Source: Christensenella sp. UBA1242
Lineage (GTDB): Bacteria; Bacillota; Clostridia; Christensenellales; UBA1242
Direction: 5' to 3'
Assembly (NCBI GenBank): GCA_002308915.1
Contig: DBWI01000006.1
Location: 1 to 62,847 of the forward strand
DNA length: 62,847 nt
In this document: piece after piece, positions 35,728 to 45,109 of the stretch
Numbering within the stretch: the first letter of the stretch is position 1
Layout: each line of letters starts with the position of its first letter
Notes under the pieces: model-generated
What the model was told of the DNA's origin: nothing
Database searches by the model: none
What the model saw: only the letters and a program-made list of their open reading frames with translations
Translations under genes and position numbers: made by a program

Positions 35728-36459
35728 ATGACAAAATTTAAAATATTAGAAAACATAACAAAAACCATTTTTCCAGAAACATTCACTTGCGTATTTTGTG
35801 GTGATGAGATTTTTGATGACAACAAATATGCAACTTGTGAAAAATGTAACAACAAATTACCATTTATTACGGGCAAAACTTGTGAAAAGTGTGGTGAGCC
35901 ATTAAACAATATGGCAAACTTTTGTGACAGATGTCAAAATGCACATCACACATTCAACAAGTGTTGCTCGGTTTTTGTTTATCAAGATGAAATAAAAAAC
36001 AAAATTCAAAACTTTAAGTTTTGGAACAATAAATATTTTGGCAAACCATTTGCAGAATATATGGCAAATTGTTATCGCAAAAATAGTTTTAGTTGTGATT
36101 TGGTTATTCCTGTTCCAATTCATCAAAAACGCTTAAAAGAAAGGGGATACAACCAAAGTGAGATTTTGGCAAAATACATTTCTCAAATACTAAACTTGCC
36201 CCTAAACACAGCAAGTTTGCAAAAAATCAAACAAACAAAAGACCAAGTGGATTTGGATTTCAAGGAAAGGAAATCAAATCTTGAGGGCGCATTCAAAGTA
36301 TTTGAAAAACAACAAATAAAGGGAAAAACTATTTTACTTGTTGATGATGTTTTCACAACTGGTTCAACACTTGATGCTTGTTGTGATGTGCTTTTTAAGG
36401 CAGGTGCAAAAGCAGTTTTTGGTTTAACACTTGCTCACACAGTGGTAAAATTGGATTAA
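35728..36459 (+). CDS. comFC: ComF family protein (ComFC-like phosphoribosyltransferase fold)
   Basis: N-terminal Cys pairs CVFCG..CEKC..CEKCG..CDRC; ILLVDDVFTTGSTL. Confidence 0.85.
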   Translation: MTKFKILENITKTIFPETFTCVFCGDEIFDDNKYATCEKCNNKLPFITGKTCEKCGEPLNNMANFCDRCQNAHHTFNKCCSVFVYQDEIKNKIQNFKFWNNKYFGKPFAEYMANCYRKNSFSCDLVIPVPIHQKRLKERGYNQSEILAKYISQILNLPLNTASLQKIKQTKDQVDLDFKERKSNLEGAFKVFEKQQIKGKTILLVDDVFTTGSTLDACCDVLFKAGAKAVFGLTLAHTVVKLD

Positions 36460-36526
36460 ATACTTGTAATATTATAATATTTGTAGTAAGATATAAAAGC
36501 GAATTTATTTAGGAGTTAAAAAAAAT

Positions 36527-39205
36527 ATGTGCTTATTTTCAGGTGAAAAAAGAAGATTAAAGGTATTAGAAAAAGTTGCAGACCAAGTTTTGGCGCAAGA
36601 AGAAAAATATAAAGCAATGGACAACGAAACATTAGTTAATCAAACAAATGTTCTCAAGCAAAGATTAGCTGATGGCGAGACATTAAACGATATTATGGTT
36701 GATGCATTTGCAGTAGTAAGAGAAGCTGCAGCAAGAGTTCTTAACATGCGTCACTTTAAGGTTCAAATTATGGGTGGTGTTGCACTTCATCAAGGCAGAA
36801 TTGCAGAAATGAAAACAGGTGAAGGTAAAACACTTGTTGCCACACTTCCAGCATATTTGAACGCACTTGCTGGCAAAGGTGTTCATGTTGTTACAGTCAA
36901 TGAATATTTGGCAAAACGTGACGCTGAATGGATGGGCAAAGTTCACAGATTTTTGGGACTAACTGTTGGTGTTGCAATTAGCGGAATGGAAGAAAAAGCA
37001 AAGAGAGAAGCATATAATTGCGATATCACATATTGTACAAACAACGAGCTTGGTTTTGACTATCTTCGTGACAACATGGTTGTTGACAAAAACCAACGCG
37101 TACAAAGGGGACATCAATTTGCAATTGTCGATGAAGTTGATAGTATTTTGATTGATGAAGCCAGAACACCACTTATTATTTCTGGTCGTGGTATGAAGTC
37201 AAGTGAAACATATTATTCAGCAGACAGATTTGCAAAAACATTAACAAAAGATGAAGATTTTGAAATTGACCCAAAAATTAAGGCAATTCACTTAACAGAA
37301 CAAGGAACAGCAAAAGCAGAAAGATATTTTAAGGTTGACAACTTAAGTGATGTCGACAATCTCGAACTTGACCATCATATTATGAATGCACTCAAAGCTA
37401 ACTATATTATGAAGTTAGACGAGAACTATATTGTAAAAGATGATGAAATTTTAATCGTTGATGAATTTACTGGTCGTTTGATGCAAGGCAGAAGATACAG
37501 CGATGGTCTTCACCAAGCTATTGAAGCCAAAGAAGGCGTAAAAATTAAAGACGAAAACAAAACACTTGCAACAGTAACATTCCAAAACTACTTTAGACTT
37601 TATCACAAACTTTCTGGTATGACAGGTACTGCAAAAACAGAAGAAGACGAGTTTAATGGAATATATAACGTTGACGTTATCACAATCCCATCAAACAAAC
37701 CAAACCACAGAGTTGACTATCAAGATATTGTTTACAGAACAGAAAAAGGCAAAATTGAAGCAATAATTGATGAAATAAAAACAGTACACGAAACAGGACA
37801 ACCAATCTTAGTTGGTACAGTTAACATTGACAAGTCAGAAGAGCTTAGTGCAGCGTTAACAAGAGCAAAAATTAGACACGTTGTATTGAATGCAAAAAAT
37901 CACCAACAAGAAAGTGAAATTGTTGCTCAAGCAGGTAGACTTGGAGCAGTAACAATTGCAACAAACATGGCAGGTCGTGGAACGGATATTTTGCTTGGTG
38001 GTAACCCAGAATATATGGCAGTAAAAAGACTTCGTGATGAAAAGTATGAAGAAGACCAAATATCTTTTGCAACTTCATACGCTCCATCAGAAGATGAAAA
38101 ACTTTTGGAAGTTCGTGAAAAATATCGTGAATATTACGAAGAATTCAAAAAAACAACAGATGCCGAAAAAGAAGAAGTAATAAAAGTTGGTGGTCTTCAT
38201 ATAATAGGAACAGAAAGGCATGAGTCAAGACGTATTGACAATCAACTTCGTGGTCGTGCAGGACGTCAAGGTGACCCAGGTTCATCAATATTCTTCCTTT
38301 CACTTGAAGATGACCTTTTGGTAAGATTTGGCGGCGAATGGCTACGCAAGATGGCAGACTTCCTTAGAATTGATGACTCAACTCCACTTCAAATGCGTAT
38401 GCTTTCTGGTAGTATTCAAAATGCTCAAAAGAGAATTGAAGCTCAAAACTATGCTTCCAGAAAATCAGTTTTGCAATTTGATGATGTTATGAGCAAGCAA
38501 CGTCAAATTATATACGGCGAAAGAAACAAAGTTTTGGATGGCGTTGATGTTCACGAACAAATTATGGAAATGTATCCAGAAGTTGTTGAAAGAATATGCA
38601 ACACATATCTTGATGCAGACAAACCATTCTTTGAATGGGATTTAACTTCACTTAACAATGGATTAGAAGACAAATTATTCCCAAAGGGTACAAATCTTGT
38701 TAATGAAGAGTTTGTAGAAAATTGTGAAATTCCAGATGTTGTAGACAAAATTTTGCAAGTAATATACGATAAATACAAAATCAATATTGACACAACCAAG
38801 GAACTTGGTATAGACTTTAGTATGTTTGAAAGATTAATTCTTTTGAGAGTTGTTGACTCACTTTGGATGGACCACATTGACCAAATGCAAATTCTCAGGA
38901 ACGAAATTGGTCTTCAAGCATATGGACAACGTGACCCTGTAACAGAATACAAACGTCAAGGATATGAAATGTTTGACCGTATGGTAGACAAAATTCATGA
39001 CGATGTTACAGCGTTCTTGCTTAATACAAAAATTGAAGTAAGCAAGCAAGTTGAAATGCCAAAACAAAAAGAACTAAAACCTACAGAAATTGTTGACAAT
39101 GGTCCAAAGAACCCTGTAACAAAAAAACATGAAGTAGGTCGCAATGACCCATGTCCATGTGGTAGCGGCAAAAAGTACAAGAATTGTTGTGGCAAAAAGG
39201 AGTAA
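36527..39205 (+). CDS. secA: Preprotein translocase ATPase SecA
   Basis: MRHFKVQIMGGVALHQGRIAEMKTGEGKTL, DEVDSILIDEARTPLIISG, C-terminal CPCGSGKKYKNCCG. Confidence 0.95.
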   Translation: MCLFSGEKRRLKVLEKVADQVLAQEEKYKAMDNETLVNQTNVLKQRLADGETLNDIMVDAFAVVREAAARVLNMRHFKVQIMGGVALHQGRIAEMKTGEGKTLVATLPAYLNALAGKGVHVVTVNEYLAKRDAEWMGKVHRFLGLTVGVAISGMEEKAKREAYNCDITYCTNNELGFDYLRDNMVVDKNQRVQRGHQFAIVDEVDSILIDEARTPLIISGRGMKSSETYYSADRFAKTLTKDEDFEIDPKIKAIHLTEQGTAKAERYFKVDNLSDVDNLELDHHIMNALKANYIMKLDENYIVKDDEILIVDEFTGRLMQGRRYSDGLHQAIEAKEGVKIKDENKTLATVTFQNYFRLYHKLSGMTGTAKTEEDEFNGIYNVDVITIPSNKPNHRVDYQDIVYRTEKGKIEAIIDEIKTVHETGQPILVGTVNIDKSEELSAALTRAKIRHVVLNAKNHQQESEIVAQAGRLGAVTIATNMAGRGTDILLGGNPEYMAVKRLRDEKYEEDQISFATSYAPSEDEKLLEVREKYREYYEEFKKTTDAEKEEVIKVGGLHIIGTERHESRRIDNQLRGRAGRQGDPGSSIFFLSLEDDLLVRFGGEWLRKMADFLRIDDSTPLQMRMLSGSIQNAQKRIEAQNYASRKSVLQFDDVMSKQRQIIYGERNKVLDGVDVHEQIMEMYPEVVERICNTYLDADKPFFEWDLTSLNNGLEDKLFPKGTNLVNEEFVENCEIPDVVDKILQVIYDKYKINIDTTKELGIDFSMFERLILLRVVDSLWMDHIDQMQILRNEIGLQAYGQRDPVTEYKRQGYEMFDRMVDKIHDDVTAFLLNTKIEVSKQVEMPKQKELKPTEIVDNGPKNPVTKKHEVGRNDPCPCGSGKKYKNCCGKKE

Positions 39206-39209
39206 GATT

Positions 39210-39545
39210 ATGAAATTAGATGACCAAATTTTAATATTAGAAGAAAATGGTGCAAACAAAGTAATATTGCTTTCTGGTGATATTACAGAAGATGAAGATT
39301 TACTTATTGCACATGATCTTAATGGCAAAGAATATTTGATTTATTGGGATTTAGCAAGATACAATACTCCAAAGCCACACGGCTTGTTTGAATATTGGCA
39401 TGGCGACACTCTTCTCAAAGAATTAAGATATCAAACAGCATTACTAGAAAAACATCACATAAGAGCAGGCATGGAAGTTGATGTCAAAGTACTAAAAAAT
39501 ATTGAAAGAGAATTAAACAAAAAAGGCCCAGAACTTACAAAATAG
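39210..39545 (+). CDS. Hypothetical protein, 111 aa
   Basis: ATG 39210 behind SD GGAG, which overlaps the secA stop; the longer ORF start at 39144 lies inside secA. Confidence 0.62.
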   Translation: MKLDDQILILEENGANKVILLSGDITEDEDLLIAHDLNGKEYLIYWDLARYNTPKPHGLFEYWHGDTLLKELRYQTALLEKHHIRAGMEVDVKVLKNIERELNKKGPELTK

Positions 39546-39549
39546 GGTA

Positions 39550-39578
39550 TTGACATAATTTTTATTTGTTATATACTA
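39550..39578 (+). promoter_or_regulatory. Promoter
   Basis: TTGACA - 16 nt - TATACT; SD TAGGAG before ATG 39600. Confidence 0.6.
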
Positions 39579-39599
39579 TAAACAAATAGGAGAATAAAA

Positions 39600-40028
39600 A
39601 TGAAAAAATTTATCAAAAAGATATTAACATCAGGTAGCACACATGCAATTCTTTTGGGGGCAACAGCTGGATTTGGACTTATGTTCATTCTTACTTTGGC
39701 AATTCCTGCACTTTCTGGTTTGCTTGGTTTTGCACTTGGTGCAACATTTGTTTCTGGCGTAGCTTATGCTTTAACAAAGTACGCAGAATTCAGAATTAAT
39801 GCAAGTGAAGGCGAAAAGCTTTTAGCACAAGACCATGCAGAAAAAGAACAAGAAGTTGTTAAAGGTGAAGACTTTGTTTTAACACAAGAAAACGAAGCAA
39901 CACAAGTTCAAGAAAATGAAGTTGTTGCAGAAGCAAAAGTTGAAGAAGTTCAATTAACACCAGAAGAACAAACTCGCAAAAAGATAGAAAAATATTCTGT
40001 TGAAATGGACGAGATGGGCAAGTTCTAA
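39600..40028 (+). CDS. 2-TM membrane protein with an acidic C-terminal tail
   Basis: HAILLGATAGFGLMFILTLAIPALSGLLGFALGATFVSGVAYAL, then a Glu/Gln-rich tail. Confidence 0.7.
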   Translation: MKKFIKKILTSGSTHAILLGATAGFGLMFILTLAIPALSGLLGFALGATFVSGVAYALTKYAEFRINASEGEKLLAQDHAEKEQEVVKGEDFVLTQENEATQVQENEVVAEAKVEEVQLTPEEQTRKKIEKYSVEMDEMGKF

Positions 40029-40036
40029 AATAAAAC

Positions 40037-40078
40037 AAACACAAAAAAAGTCAAACAGAAATGTTTGGCTTTTTTGTT
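40037..40078 (+). repeat. 42-nt perfect direct repeat, copy 1 (also a terminator hairpin)
   Basis: AAACACAAAAAAAGTCAAACAGAAATGTTTGGCTTTTTTGTT is identical to 41661-41702; stem GTCAAACA-GAAA-TGTTTGGC. Confidence 0.9.
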
Positions 40079-40316
40079 ATATCTCAATATTGGTTCTATC
40101 GAACAAAGGTGAATTCATAAATTCTTTTATGCTAATATTAAGTGCGTCAGCAATCAAAAATATCGTAGAAAATTTAACATCTGTAGTTTTTCCGTGAATT
40201 AAATCACTTACTGTTTTTTCGTTTAGGCAAGTTATTTTTACAAGACGGTATTGTGTCATTTGTTTTTCGAACAATAATTCTTTTGTTCTTTTTCCAACTG
40301 CTTCTGCTAGTTTCAT
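40077..40316 (-). CDS. XRE-family HTH transcriptional regulator, 79 aa
   Basis: GKRTKELLFEKQMTQYRLVKITCLNEKTVSDLIHGK; SD AAGGA. Confidence 0.8.
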   Translation of the reverse strand: MKLAEAVGKRTKELLFEKQMTQYRLVKITCLNEKTVSDLIHGKTTDVKFSTIFLIADALNISIKEFMNSPLFDRTNIEI

Positions 40317-40354
40317 ATCTATCCTTTTTTATATTATAAGCGAATTGTAACAAC

Positions 40355-40402
40355 AAAATACCCATATTCAAATAAGGATATTTATTTGACTACGGGTATT
40401 TT
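40355..40402. promoter_or_regulatory. 9-bp inverted repeat in the divergent promoter region (candidate operator)
   Basis: AAAATACCC (40355-40363) and GGGTATTTT (40394-40402), 30 nt apart. Confidence 0.4.
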
Positions 40403-40436
40403 TTTTGATAACATATATTTATTCAAGGGAGAAAAT

Positions 40437-41018
40437 ATGGAAGATGGTTTTTTGAAAGTTGAAGTTAGGGAAAATAAAAATACGACTAATAAAAAAAATC
40501 AAACAAAAAAAATGACAAAAGGACAAATGATAGGACTTATATGTACAGCAATTTTTGTTTTTATTATAAGTATTGTAGTACCTATAGTGGTTAGTACTAT
40601 CACTAAAGATAATTTTGAAAAAGATTTTGGTGGATACGAAACAGCACAGGAATATGTAGATAATTTGGTTGACATTACAAATATAATTCCTGTGGAAAAT
40701 AGTTATATAAGTTCTTGGTATGGTGACAAAATAACAATTAAAAATAATGCAGATAAAAGCGTAAAATACATAAAGTATAGTTTGGCAGCATATAACGCAG
40801 TTGGAGATTATGTTAAAAGTGAATTTGATGATACAAAATTTAATATTACAGGACCAATTGAACAAGGTGAATCTCAAACATATTCAGGGGATAGGACTTA
40901 TTATTGTAAATCAACAATAAAAAGTTTTAAGATTACATATTTTAGTGTTGAATTTATAGATGGAACAAAAGTTGTTTATAACAAAGCGATGATAGAAGTT
41001 TTGAATGGGGGTAAATAA
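40437..41018 (+). CDS. Single-pass membrane protein with an extracytoplasmic beta-rich domain
   Basis: SD GGGAGAA before ATG 40437; TM MIGLICTAIFVFIISIVVPIVV. Confidence 0.65.
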   Translation: MEDGFLKVEVRENKNTTNKKNQTKKMTKGQMIGLICTAIFVFIISIVVPIVVSTITKDNFEKDFGGYETAQEYVDNLVDITNIIPVENSYISSWYGDKITIKNNADKSVKYIKYSLAAYNAVGDYVKSEFDDTKFNITGPIEQGESQTYSGDRTYYCKSTIKSFKITYFSVEFIDGTKVVYNKAMIEVLNGGK

Positions 41019-41662
41019 TGGTTTCTTTTTGGGTTTTTATAGTGATTATATTAGTAGGAGTTACTTGTATAATTTCAGTTGGAATAATGCATGATAACGA
41101 AATAAAAAGAATTGAAGAAATAAATTATTTGCAAGATGCGATAAATAAATTAGAGCAAAACAATTTTATATTTGCAAAAATTGTAAAATTTAATAAACAG
41201 ATTTACAATAAGTCATTAAAAATTTTTGCAATTGCTGTTGATGAAGAAAATAGAAAGATGGCTTTTATTGATGGATTTAATTTTTATACTTATGTTACAA
41301 GTTATGAAAAATTGATCTCATACGAAGTAATAAAAAATGGACAACTTGAAACGTCTGGAAATTTTGGAAATGCACTTTTGGGTGGATTATTGTTGGGTAC
41401 AACAGGAGCCATTTTGGGAGCATCAGCAAAGCAAACTATCACAGAAAAGATTAACGAATTAAAAATTATTATAAGAATAAATGATTTACAAATAAATCAA
41501 TTAGTTTTTGATTTAATAAAAACTACTGCTTTAGAAAATAATAAAATATCAAGAGAAATTTTTGATGGAATTGAAGAAGTAAAATCACTTTTTGAATATG
41601 TAAAGTTTAATGTTGAACATTCACAACCTAAAAAGAAAAAAGCAAAAACAAGTTCAAAATAA
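41018..41662 (+). CDS. Membrane protein with an N-terminal TM and an internal glycine-zipper segment
   Basis: TAATG overlap with the upstream gene; GNALLGGLLLGTTGAILGASA. Confidence 0.7.
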   Translation: MVSFWVFIVIILVGVTCIISVGIMHDNEIKRIEEINYLQDAINKLEQNNFIFAKIVKFNKQIYNKSLKIFAIAVDEENRKMAFIDGFNFYTYVTSYEKLISYEVIKNGQLETSGNFGNALLGGLLLGTTGAILGASAKQTITEKINELKIIIRINDLQINQLVFDLIKTTALENNKISREIFDGIEEVKSLFEYVKFNVEHSQPKKKKAKTSSK

Positions 41663-41702
41663 ACACAAAAAAAGTCAAACAGAAATGTTTGGCTTTTTTG
41701 TT
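41661..41702 (+). repeat. 42-nt perfect direct repeat, copy 2 (terminator hairpin)
   Basis: Identical to 40037-40078; looser similarity extends about 15 nt upstream into both stop-codon regions. Confidence 0.9.
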
Positions 41703-41760
41703 TGTTATTGTGCTAGACAAATTTTTTTATATTTGCTAAAATTTTTCTCGGAGCTAAATA

Positions 41761-42843
41761 ATGATTAACATAAGTAAAAATTGTCAGCAAGAAAAATATG
41801 CAAAATTCCATTATGCATCACGAAAAATGTTATTTGAAGCAAAGTCCATAAAAGTTTTGGCTTATTTGCTTTCTTTTATTCCAATAATTTTGTCTTGCAT
41901 TTCACTTCCAAACAACAAAACAGTTGTGTTTATTGCAACCATGATTTCTTTTGGTCTAACACTTGTTTTAGAATTTACATCAACATTTTTGAATAATCAC
42001 AAAGAGAAGGGAATACTTCTTGGTCAACTATATAATGCATGCATCACAGGAACAACATTTTCAAAAATTCAATATGATAGAGAAATGACAAACGAACTCA
42101 ACGAACTTGCAATCAGAAAATCAGCATCAAGTATGTCAAAACTCACAGAATATCATAGTGTTGATGTTCCAGATGAGATTGATGAAAAATATTCATATTT
42201 GTACATATGCAGAATCAATGCTGCGTCAACAAATTATCTAATGAGCAGAATGTACTATTTTTATATCATTGTGCTTGCTGTAATTATTACTGTATTTACT
42301 TGTTTTGCATTTGTAAAAAATGACACATATGAATTTTTGCAATTAATAATTCAGTTCTATCCACTTGTCATTCCAATTATTCGCAATATTGCATCATCAA
42401 ACAAAACAATGAAGTATTGCACAAAAATATCTGCAGACATAGATAACTATTTTGCAGAAAAGAATCCATCAAGTGATGAGCTTGCAAGATTTGTTTATTA
42501 CACACAAAACTTGGAGTTTGAAGCAATGATGGCAGCACCAGCAAAATACATTGTGTTTTACAAAGTTCACAAAAAAGGTTTAAAAATTCTAACGCAAGGT
42601 GTAACAAAAAGATTTATTGAAGCAAGTAATTTTGGCAAGAAAAAAGTAGCTGCCAAAAAGGAAACAACAAAGCAAGTTGTGGCAAAAGAAAAACCAAAAG
42701 TTGTGGCAAAAGACACAAAAAAAGAACAACCAAAAACAGAAACTGCAGCAAAGAAAAATAGCACAAAAACTACAGAAAATACAAAAAAACAGGCAAGAAA
42801 CACACAAAAACAGCCTCAAAAGACCACAAAAGTAAAAAAATAA
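41761..42843 (+). CDS. 4-TM membrane protein with a ~75-aa Lys-rich C-terminal tail
   Basis: TM pairs at about aa 30-75 and 165-210; tail KKKVAAKKETTKQVVAKEKPKVVAKDTKKEQPK...; family not recognised with confidence. Confidence 0.7.
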   Translation: MINISKNCQQEKYAKFHYASRKMLFEAKSIKVLAYLLSFIPIILSCISLPNNKTVVFIATMISFGLTLVLEFTSTFLNNHKEKGILLGQLYNACITGTTFSKIQYDREMTNELNELAIRKSASSMSKLTEYHSVDVPDEIDEKYSYLYICRINAASTNYLMSRMYYFYIIVLAVIITVFTCFAFVKNDTYEFLQLIIQFYPLVIPIIRNIASSNKTMKYCTKISADIDNYFAEKNPSSDELARFVYYTQNLEFEAMMAAPAKYIVFYKVHKKGLKILTQGVTKRFIEASNFGKKKVAAKKETTKQVVAKEKPKVVAKDTKKEQPKTETAAKKNSTKTTENTKKQARNTQKQPQKTTKVKK

Positions 42844-42850
42844 TAAAAAA

Positions 42851-42878
42851 GCCACTAGAAAACATCTAGTGGTTTTTT
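42851..42878. terminator. Bidirectional terminator
   Basis: GCCACTAGA-loop-TCTAGTGG plus T6. Confidence 0.8.
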
Positions 42879-42887
42879 GTTTCTAAT

Positions 42888-43574
42888 TTACATTTTTTTG
42901 TTTGCTTTATTGTGAAGTTTTAAAAGTAAAAAACCAAGGCCAAAGGTAACCAAAAGCATTCCGGTTGCAGAGAGTGGGATTGCCCAGTTGTGTCCACCAA
43001 AAGTAAAGTTGTAAAAATCTGCCCAACCACCATTTTCTTCGCCAACAAGCACAACCATAACAAAATACATAATGGAATACAATGCAACTGGCAAGAGTAC
43101 CCAAAAATTATTTTTTGTTGTAACTTGGTGCAATGGCTCAAACAACACAAAAGAAATTATTGCAAGTAGTGGTGTAACAAGGTGCATATAAAAATTGTTT
43201 CCCGTGAACATATCAAAATAGCTATAACCCATTGTAACATAGGTTGGGGCAAGGAAGAACACAACAGTAACAAAAGTTAAAGTAACAGCAGTTGTTGAAA
43301 TGTGCTTTAGTAGTGTTAACCATTTTGGATAATTGTTTGTGTCATGAATAAGATTTTTGATTGCATAGACAATAATAACAATTCCAACAATTGCAACAAA
43401 CAAGTTAGAAAGCACAGTAAAAAATCTCAAGGAATGAATGCCACTAAGGCCAAACCATTTTGGGTCTCTGACAATATCTGTCCTAAAAGTTTCTATCATG
43501 CAATGTGTTGTAAATAATACAATGCAAATATTCATTATTAATGAAACAACATTATTTCTTCTTATCTTTTCCAT
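42888..43574 (-). CDS. Polytopic (about 6 TM) membrane protein, possibly Pr6Pr/AIG1-like
   Basis: Start at MEKIRRNN (ATG 43574); LRFFTVLSNLFVAIVG resembles that family motif. The family assignment is tentative. Confidence 0.6.
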   Translation of the reverse strand: MEKIRRNNVVSLIMNICIVLFTTHCMIETFRTDIVRDPKWFGLSGIHSLRFFTVLSNLFVAIVGIVIIVYAIKNLIHDTNNYPKWLTLLKHISTTAVTLTFVTVVFFLAPTYVTMGYSYFDMFTGNNFYMHLVTPLLAIISFVLFEPLHQVTTKNNFWVLLPVALYSIMYFVMVVLVGEENGGWADFYNFTFGGHNWAIPLSATGMLLVTFGLGFLLLKLHNKANKKM

Positions 43575-43607
43575 ACAAAAATAATAGCACAAAGCTACAA
43601 AATCGTA

Positions 43608-43640
43608 AAACAAAAAATCCACTAAAAAAGTGGATTTTGT
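43608..43640 (-). terminator. Intrinsic terminator
   Basis: Minus strand AAATCCAC-TTTTTTA-GTGGATTT plus T run. Confidence 0.7.
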
Positions 43641-43642
43641 TT

Positions 43643-44257
43643 TTAATTTTCTTTTGACAAAACTTTTTTGCACCAAGATTTTTGTTTGCACTCTGGGCAT
43701 TTCATAAATTTTGTTCTTCCCATATGCATTGAAAGCAAAGATTGTTTGTATGTTGGCTCAAACTTGTGATGGCATTTTGCACATTCATAATAGCCGGCAA
43801 CTTGTTCAATTTTGAAGCATATTGCGAATGAAGCCATGCCAATAACAAAACCAACAGCGCCAATAACAATTTTTGCCCACAAAGGCATTTCAATCATGAT
43901 TGCAACCATCCAAGAACTCAAAAGTATAATAATACCCAAAGTTGCCAAATATATTTCCATTCTAAGCAATCTCTTGTCGGCTTTTTCTTTTTGTTTTTTC
44001 ATTTCAAGCAAGTTTAATTCTGCTTGTTTATTGTATTCTTTCATTTCCAATACCTCCCCAGATAATAATTCGTTTACACTAATTTCAAGTATTTTGCATA
44101 ATTCCAACATAATTGATGAATCGGGTAGAGACCTGCCACATTCCCATTTAGAAATTGCTCTGTCTGTGATATGTAGTTTTTCTGCCAATTCAAGTTGTGT
44201 TAAGTTTTTGGTTTTTCTACGCTCGGCAATAAACTTGCCAATTTTTATCATATTCAT
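43643..44257 (-). CDS. Membrane-anchored XRE-family HTH regulator with a C-terminal zinc-ribbon
   Basis: SD AAAGGAGGT before ATG 44257; LTQLELAEKLHITDRAISKWECGRSLP; two TM helices; CAKCHHKF...CPECKQ. Confidence 0.8.
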   Translation of the reverse strand: MNMIKIGKFIAERRKTKNLTQLELAEKLHITDRAISKWECGRSLPDSSIMLELCKILEISVNELLSGEVLEMKEYNKQAELNLLEMKKQKEKADKRLLRMEIYLATLGIIILLSSWMVAIMIEMPLWAKIVIGAVGFVIGMASFAICFKIEQVAGYYECAKCHHKFEPTYKQSLLSMHMGRTKFMKCPECKQKSWCKKVLSKEN

Positions 44258-44302
44258 AGCTTTAACCTCCTTTTCATTTATAGTGTACACAAACTTTTTC
44301 AA

Positions 44303-44325
44303 TCAATCAACATACAGTTGGTTGA
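44303..44325. promoter_or_regulatory. Near-perfect palindrome, candidate operator
   Basis: TCAATCAAC-ATACA-GTTGGTTGA between the divergent regulator and ABC genes. Confidence 0.45.
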
Positions 44326-44407
44326 GTTTGGGGAATATACATCAAAATACTATCACATTTTTTTCATTTATGCTATTATTATATTACAAAAAAGATAGGA
44401 GAAAACA

Positions 44408-45109
44408 ATGAGTGTTATTTTGGAATTTAAGGACATAAACAAAAGTTTTGGCGAAAAACAAGTCCTAAAAAATATCAATCTAAAAATTGAAAGCAACAAA
44501 AAAATTGGTTTGCTTGGCAAAAATGGCAGTGGCAAGTCAACACTTTTCAAACTTGCAAATGATTTGTTAACTCCAACAAGTGGCCAAGTTCTTGTTGATG
44601 GAAAAACAATTTCAAGCGAAACAAAAAAACTTGTATCATATTTGCCAGAAAGGACATATCTTAGTGCAAGTATGAAAGTGAGTGATGCAATAAACTTTTT
44701 TGCAGATTTCTATGAAGATTTTGACAGAGAAAAAGCAGAAAAATTGCTTGTCGATTTACAACTAGACAAAAATATGAGATTGTCAAAAATGAGCAAGGGT
44801 ATGAAAGAAAAAGTTCAACTTGTGCTTGTTATGAGTAGGAATGCAAAAATATATATTTTGGACGAACCACTTGGGGGAGTTGACCCAGCAAGCAGAGATT
44901 ACATTTTGCAAACAATTCTCAAAAATTTCAACAAAGATGCAACACTACTAATTTCAACACATATGATTGCAGACATAGAAAAAATTTTGGATGAAGTTGT
45001 GTTTATTGATGATGGGCAAATTGTTTTACAAGAAGATGCAAACAAGCTTCGTGAAAAAGAAAATTGCACAATAGATGAAATCTTTAGGAGGAAATTTTAT
45101 GTTAGGTAA
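44408..45109 (+). CDS. ABC transporter ATP-binding protein
   Basis: GLLGKNGSGKST Walker A, LSKGMKEKV signature, ILDEP Walker B. Confidence 0.9.
   Translation: MSVILEFKDINKSFGEKQVLKNINLKIESNKKIGLLGKNGSGKSTLFKLANDLLTPTSGQVLVDGKTISSETKKLVSYLPERTYLSASMKVSDAINFFADFYEDFDREKAEKLLVDLQLDKNMRLSKMSKGMKEKVQLVLVMSRNAKIYILDEPLGGVDPASRDYILQTILKNFNKDATLLISTHMIADIEKILDEVVFIDDGQIVLQEDANKLREKENCTIDEIFRRKFYVR

Noticed and set aside
39206-39599. Expected prfB with a programmed +1 frameshift downstream of secA
   Set aside because: The downstream ORF encodes an unrelated 111-aa protein. There is no RF2 GGQ or SPF motif and no CUU-UGA frameshift site.
40419-40877. 152-aa minus-strand ORF rich in Cys/Phe/Ile
   Set aside because: It is antisense to the SD-preceded gene 40437..41018. 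Its AT-rich codon composition looks like an artefact, and it has no start context.
40037-41702. Calling the repeat-flanked cassette a bona fide mobile element
   Set aside because: There is no integrase, transposase or recombinase gene and there are no inverted terminal repeats. I report it as a repeat-bounded insertion or duplication candidate only.
43812-44411. 199-aa plus-strand ORF
   Set aside because: It lies entirely antisense to the XRE-TM regulator gene (43643..44257) and its upstream region. It has no SD and no recognisable features.
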